DNA of 64,000 nt from positions 693,044 through 757,043 of the forward strand of contig CBDCLX010000002.1 of NCBI GenBank assembly GCA_965218815.1. Direction: 5' to 3'. The first letter of the stretch is position 1. Every line of letters starts with the position of its first letter. The notes beneath the pieces are model-generated. The model made no database searches and was not told where the DNA came from. It saw only the letters and a program-made list of their open reading frames with translations. Below are positions 30,804 through 40,222 of the stretch, in pieces. Both the position numbers and the translations under genes were made by a program. The DNA comes from Bdellovibrionales bacterium (GTDB lineage: Bacteria; Bdellovibrionota; Bdellovibrionia; Bdellovibrionales; JAGQZY01).

Positions 30804-32126
30804 TTAATATAAACCCTCCCACTGACTGTCAGGGTCGGACTCCAGCCCCAATTCCAAAAGATCCTGTCCCAGATCTTCAAGATCTTCTGAGACCCGGATT
30901 CCTATAATCTGTTTCAAAATCAACCAGGTCAGTATTGAAGTGGTGCATACAAAGGCTCCCACACAGGCCACCCCGAGACATTGAATCATGAAAGAGGCAG
31001 GTCCCCAGATTCCAACAGCAAGGGTTCCCCATATCCCGGCCACCAGGTGGACGGGAATGGCCCCCACCACATCATCCAATCTGAGTTTATCCAACAGGGG
31101 AATGCTCAGTAAAGCCAGAAGGCTTCCAACACCACCTACCAGAATGGCGTGAAGAGGTTGTGCAAAGTCAGGGCCCGCAGTGATGGAGACCAGACCGGCC
31201 AAAGCTCCATTAAGAACCAGTAGAATATTGATTCTGCCATAGAGAAGACGGCCCAGTATCAAAGCCGTCACAGCTCCCGAACAGGCGGCAATATTGGTGT
31301 TCATGAATATCAACGCCATTTTGGAGATGTTCTCCACTCCGGAGGTGATGAGAAGGGAGCCTCCGTTAAAACCCAGCCAGCCAAACCAGAGGATAAACAC
31401 CCCCAAGGTGACCAGGGGAACACTGGATGGAAAATATTTTTTCACATGGCCCTTTTTCCCGTATTTGTCTTTTCTTGGCCCCAGGATGAAAACACCGGTC
31501 AGGGCTGCCCATCCCCCCACTGAGTGAACCACAGTGGACCCGGCAAAATCGTAAAAACCCATTCCGGCCAACCAGCCGCCACCCCAGGACCAGCTTCCCT
31601 GTATGGGATAGATAAAGGCTGCCAAAAGAGCCACAAAAATAAAAAAAGACCACAGTTTTACCCTTTCTGCCAAAGCTCCTGAAATGACAGAAGCAGCGGT
31701 GGCAACAAAGGTCATTTGAAAAAAGACAAAAGCCATGCTGGAATAATTCTTTTTGGTAATTTCAGAAAGTTTGTCTTTGGTTCCCTGGGTGATCAGGGAA
31801 AACTCCGCCATATCCATGTTGGAAAAGAAATAAAAGGAATCCATCCAGTTTTTTCCATCCCTGAACATGAGGTTGTAGCCAATGAGATAAAAACACAGAC
31901 AGGAAATAGAGTAAATCAGGATGTTTTTCAGACAGATCACCCCTGTGCTTTTTTTTCTGACCAATCCCCCTTCAAGCATACAAAAGCCGGCGGCCATCCA
32001 CATAATGAGTGCGGCGGAGAGTAGAAGAACCAGCGTGTTGACCACATAGTTGAAACCTTCAGCCCCATTGGCAAGAGCAAATGGACTGTGGAAAAACAGG
32101 CTTGCAAAAATCAGAAACTTTTTCAA
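30804..32126 (-). CDS. amt: ammonium transporter
   Basis: DFAGSTVVH and GAIPVH twin-His, WFGWLGFNGGS, NGALAGLVSIT. Confidence 0.95.
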   Translation of the reverse strand: MKKFLIFASLFFHSPFALANGAEGFNYVVNTLVLLLSAALIMWMAAGFCMLEGGLVRKKSTGVICLKNILIYSISCLCFYLIGYNLMFRDGKNWMDSFYFFSNMDMAEFSLITQGTKDKLSEITKKNYSSMAFVFFQMTFVATAASVISGALAERVKLWSFFIFVALLAAFIYPIQGSWSWGGGWLAGMGFYDFAGSTVVHSVGGWAALTGVFILGPRKDKYGKKGHVKKYFPSSVPLVTLGVFILWFGWLGFNGGSLLITSGVENISKMALIFMNTNIAACSGAVTALILGRLLYGRINILLVLNGALAGLVSITAGPDFAQPLHAILVGGVGSLLALLSIPLLDKLRLDDVVGAIPVHLVAGIWGTLAVGIWGPASFMIQCLGVACVGAFVCTTSILTWLILKQIIGIRVSEDLEDLGQDLLELGLESDPDSQWEGLY

Positions 32127-32142
32127 ATTTTACCTGTACTGA

Positions 32143-32484
32143 TTATTTTTTGACGGCATCCAAACAAGACTGAACATCGGGATAAATGTCAAAAAGCCCT
32201 GTGAGACCACTGATCTGGAAAATTTTTTCAATGTTCTTGTTGATTGAACAAATGTAAAATGAACCGGATTCCTTAACCATGGCCTTGGAAGCGTAAATTA
32301 AAATTCTCAGGCCGGCACTGGAGATATAACTGACCTGGGAAAAATCAATAATCATTGATTTACAGCCATTTTCAATTTCATCCATGATTCTTTCGTGAAT
32401 CTGACTTGAATTTGAGGCATCAATACGCCCCCCCAAATTGAAAACAGAAGACCCTTCTCTTTGTTCAGTATAAACACTATGCAT
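32143..32484 (-). CDS. STAS-domain anti-sigma-factor antagonist
   Basis: GRIDASN, VSYISSAGLR (phosphorylatable Ser), IFQISGL. Confidence 0.9.
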   Translation of the reverse strand: MHSVYTEQREGSSVFNLGGRIDASNSSQIHERIMDEIENGCKSMIIDFSQVSYISSAGLRILIYASKAMVKESGSFYICSINKNIEKIFQISGLTGLFDIYPDVQSCLDAVKK

Positions 32485-32626
32485 AAAAAATCCTTTCCAG
32501 ACTGGTTACCTTTGGATTTTCCTTCTTTAAAATCTAAATCTTCACAGAGGCCAGCATGAATTATATTATAAAATACAATTTTTATTGTAATACTGTCAAG
32601 TTGGGGATATTCTCAAACCAGGACTG

Positions 32627-33076
32627 ATGATTTATAACTTTCCGAAAGGTCTGATTATGGAAAGCGAAACCAGCAAAGTCAATTTTGAATATACTTTAGT
32701 GTCCTTTGATAAAGATTTTTCCATATTTGCAGAAAAATTCAGGATTTTCTGTGAAAAGTACAATGTGGACCAGTCAAAAACCTTTGACATGGAGGTTTCT
32801 CTTGAAGAACTCATTGTGAATTCCTTTTTCCATGGGAGAACGGATGGTCATGTGAAGGTCCTGGCGGTCCTTAAAAATGGGGAACTTATGGTTCAGGTGC
32901 AGGACAGTGCTCCTCCCTTTAATTTGTTACGCGAAGCCTCTGAGCTTCCCCAGGGAGACCTCATAAGCCGAAAGGTGGGGGGCCTGGGCATTCATCTTGT
33001 TAAAAATCTCAATGATCGGGTTGAGTACTCCGGGTCAAAACAGGGCAATAAAGTCACACTATTCAAAAAACTCTAG
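32627..33076 (+). CDS. RsbW-like anti-sigma / Ser kinase (HATPase_c)
   Basis: EELIVNSFFHG, DSAPPFN, GGLGIHLV. Confidence 0.88.
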   Translation: MIYNFPKGLIMESETSKVNFEYTLVSFDKDFSIFAEKFRIFCEKYNVDQSKTFDMEVSLEELIVNSFFHGRTDGHVKVLAVLKNGELMVQVQDSAPPFNLLREASELPQGDLISRKVGGLGIHLVKNLNDRVEYSGSKQGNKVTLFKKL

Positions 33077-34669
33077 GGTCCTGTGGGCAATGGGCATCCG
33101 TCTTCCCTGTCCAAAGGCGTGGTCAGACACTTTCAGAATGGGTGGGGCCTGCCAACGTTTGAATTCAGAGCGGTAAAGTTGTTTCAATAACCACTGATCG
33201 GTCTTTGATTGGGCTGTCTCCCTATGACACACCAATCTGTCAATGGATGGATCGAGGAAATTGTAATCAGGCAGAGAATCACTGTCTTTCTGGTTTTCTT
33301 TCAGTTCGGCTGTTGGGGGGCGGGTGATAATATCCCCGGGAATCAGTGATTGGATTTTGTTATAATAATGGGCCAGTTCATAGATCTGACTTTTTAGAAG
33401 ATCAGCCAGGGGGGCCAGCCCGCCACACATATCTCCATACAGAGTGGTGTAACCGGTGGCGTATTCATTTTTATTGCCAGTGGCAATTAACAGACTCCTG
33501 TGTTCATTGCTGTAGGCCATAAGAAAGATCCCACGGAGGCGGGCCTGGATATTTTCATGGATCAGGGAGAAATTTTTGGGACCAAAGCAGTTCTCATAGG
33601 ATCGAACCAGCGTTTCATAGGATTCCTGGATGGACAGATTGTAAATCTGACAGCCAATGTTTTTGGCCAGATTTTTTGCCAGGTCAGCACTTTGCCGGGA
33701 ATTGAAGTTTGTGGGCAGAGTCATGGCTGTCAGATTTTCAGATCCAATGGCATCAGCCAGAAGGCAGGCCGTTACTGCCGAATCAATACCACCACTTAAG
33801 CCCAGATGGGCTTTTTCAAAACCGGTTTTAAGGATGAAATCCCTCAGGCCCAGGACGAGAACCTGATGTAAGTGTTCTGTGGTTGTCCGTGGAGAGGGAC
33901 GACAGCCTCCTTTTTTTTCATTGAAATCCACAATATTGAAATCCTCAACACAATAGGCGCTTTCTGCCAACAGTCGGAATTGTTCATCCATGGCGAAGCT
34001 TCCTCCGTCAAAGATGAGTTCGTCCTGTCCCCCCACCATATTCACATAAATCAGGGGAGCCTTGAGATGGTCCACTGTTTTTCTGGCAAAGAACAAACGC
34101 TGGTTTTTTTTATTGGGAGTGAAGGGAGAGGCACTTAAATTCACCACAAGATCCACTTGATTGGGGGGAATACACAGGATGGGGTTTTTTTCATGGAGGT
34201 CATCCCAGCCCCACATATCCTCACAAATTAAAACCTGGATATGCTTCCCATGGCAGTGAAACTGATTGTCAATCAATTGACCCTCAGCAAAATGGCGACT
34301 GTCGTCAAAAACGTCATAAACGGGAAGCAGTTCCTTATTGAATTGTCTGAGGATTTTATTGCCCTGAAGCAAAAGAGCGGAGTTAAAGTAGGGTTTTCCC
34401 CTGTGATGATTTTTTGTGGCAGCTCCCACAAGGCAGAAAAGCCCGGGAGGGAGTTTTTTTAATAATTCTTCAATGGCTTTATTCTGGTTTTCAATAACAC
34501 TGGGTCTTTCCAGCAGATCCTGGGGATGATAGCCCAGAATGTTCAGTTCAGGGAAAACAATAAGTTGGCATTTTTTGTTCGCAGCCTCTTCACACAGGTT
34601 TAAAATTTTTTGGACATTGTGATCAAAATGACCGAGGTGGGAATTCATTTGAGCCAGGGCAATACGCAT
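33059..34669 (-). CDS. nadE: glutamine-dependent NAD+ synthetase
   Basis: Nitrilase triad FPE/K/ICED, GLSGGIDS, ENIQARLRG, SEFKRWQAP. Confidence 0.95.
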   Translation of the reverse strand: MRIALAQMNSHLGHFDHNVQKILNLCEEAANKKCQLIVFPELNILGYHPQDLLERPSVIENQNKAIEELLKKLPPGLFCLVGAATKNHHRGKPYFNSALLLQGNKILRQFNKELLPVYDVFDDSRHFAEGQLIDNQFHCHGKHIQVLICEDMWGWDDLHEKNPILCIPPNQVDLVVNLSASPFTPNKKNQRLFFARKTVDHLKAPLIYVNMVGGQDELIFDGGSFAMDEQFRLLAESAYCVEDFNIVDFNEKKGGCRPSPRTTTEHLHQVLVLGLRDFILKTGFEKAHLGLSGGIDSAVTACLLADAIGSENLTAMTLPTNFNSRQSADLAKNLAKNIGCQIYNLSIQESYETLVRSYENCFGPKNFSLIHENIQARLRGIFLMAYSNEHRSLLIATGNKNEYATGYTTLYGDMCGGLAPLADLLKSQIYELAHYYNKIQSLIPGDIITRPPTAELKENQKDSDSLPDYNFLDPSIDRLVCHRETAQSKTDQWLLKQLYRSEFKRWQAPPILKVSDHAFGQGRRMPIAHRTLEFFE

Positions 34670-34710
34670 ATCTTTGTATACAATGATTCTTCTGAAAGTT
34701 TCAATGGATC

Positions 34711-35616
34711 TTATTTTTGCCAGCTTTTTTTAATCTGAAGAACCTGGCTTCCAAGAAAAAGAAAAATGGCAATAATAATTCCTGCAATGACCAAAAATTT
34801 GATAAAAAAACCAATGGAAAGCCGAAACCCTTTGTCTTTAACCGTAGGTTTTGGAGGTTCAGGCAATTTCAGGTCAAAACGGGCCTTGCGAAGATTGGAC
34901 ACAGGTCCCCCTTCCGCTATGATCTTCTTGCCATCGCCCACGGTTTTTTCTTTTTTTTCCTTTTCCTTTTCAGTCAGGTACTCTTCACCCAGTCTCATCA
35001 CCCGACGGTGGACAGTACGTTTTCTGCTCCTTATTCTGCCGCTTTTACTTTTGGATGTGTCTTCATCTCCCTGGGAATTCTGATCCATTTGAAGCCTTTG
35101 GCGGGCCGGACGATCAGACAGTTTTGCTTCTGCATTGGTTGAGGCATTGGTCTTGTTGAACCGACCGGGTCTTGAGGAAGAAGAGTTTTTCCCTGGGGAA
35201 GAAGTCTGGTTTCCACCACCATTACCACCATTACCACCACCACTTCCATTTTTATTTTCATCATTTGTTGAGGTTCTACTGTTTTCTGCAGCAGCTCTGT
35301 TGGTGTTGGGATCTACAATGGAACGTCCACTGGCGACATTGAAGTTTTTGAATCCGGCACTGCAGATTCCCTGGTTGGGATACCCTTCCCCTCCAAGGGC
35401 AGGGAGTTCACCTGTTTCCAGAAGGCAGGTAAGATAATCTCCAAAATAACTCTGAAGAAAATTTCGAAAAGCATCATTAAACTGGTAGAGGACACCCAGA
35501 ACAATGGATACAACAACGATCAGGACCAGTATGTATTCCAGAACGGCCTGCCCCTGCTCACAAGCTTTGGCCTTCTGACAGATCAATATTTTTTTCAAGT
35601 CTTCCGATAAGCCCAT
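34711..35616 (-). CDS. TadE/pilin-like N-terminal protein with low-complexity linker and C-terminal TM
   Basis: GQAVLEYILVLIVVV prepilin motif; G/N/S-rich middle; TCAT-N15-TCCGATAA upstream. Confidence 0.7.
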   Translation of the reverse strand: MGLSEDLKKILICQKAKACEQGQAVLEYILVLIVVVSIVLGVLYQFNDAFRNFLQSYFGDYLTCLLETGELPALGGEGYPNQGICSAGFKNFNVASGRSIVDPNTNRAAAENSRTSTNDENKNGSGGGNGGNGGGNQTSSPGKNSSSSRPGRFNKTNASTNAEAKLSDRPARQRLQMDQNSQGDEDTSKSKSGRIRSRKRTVHRRVMRLGEEYLTEKEKEKKEKTVGDGKKIIAEGGPVSNLRKARFDLKLPEPPKPTVKDKGFRLSIGFFIKFLVIAGIIIAIFLFLGSQVLQIKKSWQK

Positions 35617-35650
35617 GGGATAGTACTTTATCGGAAGGAACCTGTTTAAA

Positions 35651-36853
35651 ATGAATCATTTTAAAACATTTCTTAAAATTTCCATTTTGTTTTTCTTTTT
35701 ATGGTCACTGGTGACCCATGGAGCAGTGAATCGTATCCTCAGGCCCGAAGAAATCAGTCTTTTGGAGAAAAATATTCAGGCCAATCCGGAAAACATAAAA
35801 GCCAGACTTTTTCTGGCTAATCACTACAATCAGGAAAAAGACTGGTCCATAGTCGTAAAATGGCTGACTCCCATGGCAGAGAGACTTCCAAAAAAATCCA
35901 TTGAACAACTCATTAAAGCCCATGTTCATCTGTCCCGGTTTCAGGATGCCATTCCTCTGGTGGACAGCCTGCTCAACCGAAAAAAGGTGAAAATCAAAAC
36001 CTATATTCTTGCTATCAGGGTTTATTCCGGGTTTCTGGCAGGCACTTCAGACACCCCGATTCTGGTTAAGTCTTCAGATAATAATGCCTCAAAGGAGAAG
36101 TCCGGGAAAACCAAAAATCAGAAAAAAGATGAATATCATGTGCAATATGAAGCCAAGGCGGAGGAAGCCAGGGAAAAAATCTTCAGTCTTTTGAAGCAGG
36201 CTCAGACTAAAAATCCTGAAAATATAAAGGTTTATGATCTGTGGCTTGAAATGCTTGAAAAGCATATCACTCAGTATGCCAATGAAGCCAGAAGGGTGCT
36301 GGAGGATATGGAGAAAAACAAAGTCAGGTTAAGGAAACGACATTATTCCAAACTCTGTCAATACAACAGTCTGGCTAATCTCATTATGGAGGCAAAAAAG
36401 ATTTGTCAGGAAGCTGTTGGCAAGGCTCCTGAAAATCCAAGCAATTACATTTATCTGGGGCAGGCCCATATAGACACGGGCGAAAAGGAAAAGGGTCAAA
36501 GAATCCTGGCCAGTGTGGGAAAAAAGTTTTCCGGATCCGAAGAGGCTTTGTGGGTGACCGCCAGCACCTACTATGAAAACAGAAATCTGGCCTCTGCCTA
36601 TACCTATTATCTGAAAGCCAGTCAGCATAAGGAACCAAAACCCAGGGATTTTCTGGGCCTGGCAAAAACGGCCTTTGAGTTAAAAAAATATGAGGTGTCT
36701 TTAAAGGCCTTCAGTGAACATTGCCAGAGGAGTAATTTTCTTCACCAGGAGTTTCGCAGGGCCTCAGGTTTGTTGAAAAAAGAACCCCTTTGGCACAGGC
36801 GTTTTCGTCATAAAATGCAGGATTGTAAATCAAAACAGCCAAAGAAGCCCTGA
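35651..36853 (+). CDS. secreted TPR protein of the Tad locus
   Basis: Signal peptide and multiple TPR-like helices. Confidence 0.75.
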   Translation: MNHFKTFLKISILFFFLWSLVTHGAVNRILRPEEISLLEKNIQANPENIKARLFLANHYNQEKDWSIVVKWLTPMAERLPKKSIEQLIKAHVHLSRFQDAIPLVDSLLNRKKVKIKTYILAIRVYSGFLAGTSDTPILVKSSDNNASKEKSGKTKNQKKDEYHVQYEAKAEEAREKIFSLLKQAQTKNPENIKVYDLWLEMLEKHITQYANEARRVLEDMEKNKVRLRKRHYSKLCQYNSLANLIMEAKKICQEAVGKAPENPSNYIYLGQAHIDTGEKEKGQRILASVGKKFSGSEEALWVTASTYYENRNLASAYTYYLKASQHKEPKPRDFLGLAKTAFELKKYEVSLKAFSEHCQRSNFLHQEFRRASGLLKKEPLWHRRFRHKMQDCKSKQPKKP

Positions 36854-37065
36854 CCTAGCATAAGAAGTATGGGTGGTGACTGTTTCTTATTTTGAGACAG
36901 TCTGTCCAGCCGGAAATTTCCAGTCCATTTCTCTTTTTGTGGGGTGTTTTGTCAGTCTCTTTTTGAAATTTTATGGGAAAAGTGGGCTAATGTTATCAGC
37001 CATTTAATCCGATGAAGTCATTGTGTGAACAGGTGTGATACAGATAATCAATAAAGGAGATTTTT

Positions 37066-37239
37066 ATGATGAAAACACTGAAAAAACTTTGGAAGGATGA
37101 ATCCGCCCAGGGAGCCACAGAATATATCCTTATGCTTGTGGTGGTTGTGGCCATAGCCATGCTTTTCAGAGAGCAGATCATGGGTATTATTGAAGGTAAG
37201 GTGAAAACGCTGGGTGAAAACATTCAGAGTTTTAATTGA
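37066..37239 (+). CDS. flp: Flp-type IVb pilin (57 aa, not in the ORF track)
   Basis: MMKTLKKLWKDESAQGATEYILMLVVVVAIAMLF...; AAAGGAGA RBS; TAAT-N16-TCCGATGA upstream. Confidence 0.88.
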   Translation: MMKTLKKLWKDESAQGATEYILMLVVVVAIAMLFREQIMGIIEGKVKTLGENIQSFN

Positions 37240-37255
37240 AAAAAGAGAGTGAGTT

Positions 37256-37477
37256 ATGACAACAGAACTCATCCTTCTTCTTGGGCTTTTTGTCTTTATT
37301 TTGGGAGGGGTTTTTATGGGTGACAAGGGTCCCAGGAAAGTTTTTTCCAAGGCGGCTCCAAGACTGGGGGCCAGGGTTGAAAAACATATCAGTTTTGGTC
37401 ATCGCTTTACCTTTAAAAACGGCGACAGGATTAAGTGGAGAAAACCCGGCGGATCCCCCCCTTTGGGGAGTCCCTGA
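37256..37477 (+). CDS. small pilin-like protein
   Basis: MTTELILLLGLFVFILGG hydrophobic pilin-type N-terminus within the tad operon. Confidence 0.6.
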   Translation: MTTELILLLGLFVFILGGVFMGDKGPRKVFSKAAPRLGARVEKHISFGHRFTFKNGDRIKWRKPGGSPPLGSP

Positions 37478-37950
37478 TGGGTCTTTCCCTGTTTTGTCCT
37501 CTGGGCTTTCTTTGTGTAGCTGTTTTGGATGATCTGTGTTTTAAAAAATTTCATAACTGGCTTTTTTTAAGCCTGTCTTTTTTTGGTTTTTTGTTTGTTT
37601 TTCTCTTTGGTTCCCCGGAACTGGCGTTGGGTGGTTTTTTTGTGGGGGGGCTTCTCATGCTTCCTTTGGTTCTTGTTGGGGTTATCGGAGCCGGGGACAT
37701 GAAGTTCATGATGAGTTTTGGAATTTTAATGGGACCTGTTTTGACTTTTGAGATTTTTGTTTACAGTCTTTTTTGGGGGGCTTTGATTGGGCTTTTGCAA
37801 AGCCTTTTTGCCCGTAAGCTTTCTCTGGTTGTTCAGAATTTGCGGGGGTTTTTTTACAGACTCAAACCAGCTGAGACCCATAAAATTCCATACACTGTGG
37901 CTGTTTTTTTTGGATGGGTCACCAGTGTTTTCCATGGAGGATTGTTTTGA
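37477..37950 (+). CDS. prepilin peptidase (A24, TadV/CpaA)
   Basis: DD...KFHNW, GAGDMKF, IPYTVA. Confidence 0.85.
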   Translation: MGLSLFCPLGFLCVAVLDDLCFKKFHNWLFLSLSFFGFLFVFLFGSPELALGGFFVGGLLMLPLVLVGVIGAGDMKFMMSFGILMGPVLTFEIFVYSLFWGALIGLLQSLFARKLSLVVQNLRGFFYRLKPAETHKIPYTVAVFFGWVTSVFHGGLF

Positions 37951-38213
37951 AAAACAGGAAATGGAAAAACCAAAAAGAGAGAGGACAAATGACCATAGAG
38001 GCTGTTCTTATTTTGACTCTTATGGTGAGTCTTGTTGTTGCCATTACCAGTGGGATAAAGGAGAAAAAATATTTCACCCGCCTCGTGGAAAAGCCTTGGG
38101 TCTATGTGGCCGGAATGATTGAAAACGGCTATTGGGGTCCTGTGTCCAGGGGAAAAGGCAAACATCCCAATCATCCTGGCAGACATGGATCACCCATAGG
38201 AGATTCATTATGA
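37947..38213 (+). CDS. TadE-like pseudopilin
   Basis: RGQMTIEAVLIL prepilin motif. Confidence 0.75.
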   Translation: MKNRKWKNQKERGQMTIEAVLILTLMVSLVVAITSGIKEKKYFTRLVEKPWVYVAGMIENGYWGPVSRGKGKHPNHPGRHGSPIGDSL

Positions 38214-38851
38214 ATCAGAAAGACTTTTTGTTTTATCCTGGATTGCAGAAGGGAGTTCCCCAAAGGGAATCCATGGTTCCACTTAAAAATGAAAAAGGTT
38301 TTCTGACCCTTGATTTTATTTTTGCCTTCATTATTATTTTTGGTTTTGTGGGGGTTTTGTTCAGTTTTGCAATGACTTTCCTGGTGGTGGAAACCATCCA
38401 GTATGTCAGTTTTGCTTCAGCCCGCAATTATTCCCTGGCTCATCTCAATGAAGACAAACAAAAGGAGAGAGCTATTGAAAAATATAAGGAACTGACCACC
38501 AGTCAGGCTCTCTCCGCTCTGCTTTCCAATGGATGGTTTGAAGTCAGGGAACCTGCGAATTATCAGTTTAATGATATCTACCAGCCGGAACCAAGTTCTG
38601 AGATTTTTCTTGGTGTTCGAATCCTTTTTAAAGCTCCCATTCTCTTTAAAAGAGTTCCTTTTATGGGGAAAACAGGCAGTGACCCTGAGGGTTTTACCGC
38701 CCATATCCAGTCTTTTCTCTCCAGGGAACCCAACTTCAGTGAATGTCGGGATAATTTTATGTCCCAAAGGGCCATGGCTCTGAAAAATCTGGGGGGCTAT
38801 AATTTTAATCCCAATCAGGCTCATCACTATATGATGGACAATGGATGCTAG
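38210..38851 (+). CDS. TadE-like pseudopilin
   Basis: NEKGFLTLDFIFAF, ASARNY, C-terminal DNGC. Confidence 0.7.
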   Translation: MNQKDFLFYPGLQKGVPQRESMVPLKNEKGFLTLDFIFAFIIIFGFVGVLFSFAMTFLVVETIQYVSFASARNYSLAHLNEDKQKERAIEKYKELTTSQALSALLSNGWFEVREPANYQFNDIYQPEPSSEIFLGVRILFKAPILFKRVPFMGKTGSDPEGFTAHIQSFLSREPNFSECRDNFMSQRAMALKNLGGYNFNPNQAHHYMMDNGC

Positions 38852-38854
38852 AAT

Positions 38855-39346
38855 ATGGAGAACAAAAAAGATTTTTTACAATATTCTGATGAGAAAGGTT
38901 TTGCCAGCATTGAAGCCACTGTTCTTGTGGTTTTGTTTTCGGTCATGCTCTATTACTCTTTTGGTTTTTTTGGTATTGTCCATACGGGTATTGTTCACAA
39001 TATTCATTCCCGCACTTACGCCTTTGAAACTTTTCGGCATCGGGCCAATCTAATGTATTTTCGATCCAATGGAGTCACCTCAAACACGGCTCTTCATTAT
39101 TATAACACGATGACCCGTCTCCATGGAATCAATACAGATACCCAAAACAGGGCAAGCTATCAGACAGCAACGGAGAGGCCCATCTCCCTTGGTCTTGTTC
39201 TGGAGGAACAGGGACGTGATCCGGCCATTCATAATCGCGATATTTACGGAATACCGGATGCAGATAGGAACCAGTCAGTCAGCGTGAATCCTGTGTGGAT
39301 TATGACCATGTATGGTCTTTGTCTTAACAGCCAGTGTGGGAGGTAG
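38855..39346 (+). CDS. TadE-like pseudopilin
   Basis: EKGFASIEATVLVV prepilin motif. Confidence 0.72.
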   Translation: MENKKDFLQYSDEKGFASIEATVLVVLFSVMLYYSFGFFGIVHTGIVHNIHSRTYAFETFRHRANLMYFRSNGVTSNTALHYYNTMTRLHGINTDTQNRASYQTATERPISLGLVLEEQGRDPAIHNRDIYGIPDADRNQSVSVNPVWIMTMYGLCLNSQCGR

Positions 39347-39349
39347 GAA

Positions 39350-40222
39350 ATGGAGAACAATGAAACAAGGACATTATGGATATCCATTGGAGCGGCTCTC
39401 TTTGCGGTGATTCTTCTCTATGGCTGGGCTCAGGATAAAAGGGCCAATTATGCAAGAAAGTTTGGTCAGTCAAAAACTGTGGTGGTGGCCAGGGAGGATA
39501 TCATGGAATTTGAAATTGTGGATGAGTCAAAACTGGAGGTTGTGGAAAAGCCCTCTGATTTTATTGAACCCTTCGCCCTTCAGAATCCCACTGAAATTGT
39601 GGGGCAGATTGCCCTGGCACCTATTAAAAAAGGGGAGCAGATTCTAAACACCAAGCTTGTTTTTCCTGACAAAAGCACGGGGCTTTCCATGCAGATTTCC
39701 CCTGGGAGAAGAGCTGTGACAATACCCGTCAGTGAGGTCAGTGGTGTGGCCAAACTCATAAAGCCCGGAGACCGGGTGGATGTCATAGCCGGAGTGGATG
39801 ATGGAACCGGTTTGAAAAAAGAAAGACGTTTGAAAACCATTTTACAGGATGTTCCTGTTTTGGCCACAGGACAGAGTATTGTGGACAATCTTCCCATCCA
39901 GGTGATTAAAGGGGATGCGGACAACTATGAAATAAGAAATCTAAGAGTGGATAACAATTATGCAACAATCACTGTGGAAGTGAGTCCCAGTGATGCCCAG
40001 AATGTTTTTTATTTGATATCCATTTCAGCCCCCATTAACTTTTCACTTCGTAACCCCAATGATCGTATCAAAATTCCTCTTAAAATTGCTGATATTAACG
40101 ATATTCTCAACCGGGTGAAAGTAAGAACTCCCGCCCAGACTCCAAAACCCATAACTCCTCCGCCACCCAAACCCCAGCCGCCAAAGTCAGGAAGAAAAAA
40201 GGGACGTTATGAAAGGATATAA
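39350..40222 (+). CDS. cpaB: Flp pilus assembly protein CpaB/RcpC
   Basis: VVVAREDI SAF domain, GRRAVTIPV, IKPGDRVDVI, LQDVPVLATG. Confidence 0.9.
   Translation: MENNETRTLWISIGAALFAVILLYGWAQDKRANYARKFGQSKTVVVAREDIMEFEIVDESKLEVVEKPSDFIEPFALQNPTEIVGQIALAPIKKGEQILNTKLVFPDKSTGLSMQISPGRRAVTIPVSEVSGVAKLIKPGDRVDVIAGVDDGTGLKKERRLKTILQDVPVLATGQSIVDNLPIQVIKGDADNYEIRNLRVDNNYATITVEVSPSDAQNVFYLISISAPINFSLRNPNDRIKIPLKIADINDILNRVKVRTPAQTPKPITPPPPKPQPPKSGRKKGRYERI

Noticed and set aside
35200-35246. ACC/ATT tandem repeats
   Set aside because: They simply encode the Gly/Asn linker of the pilin-like protein
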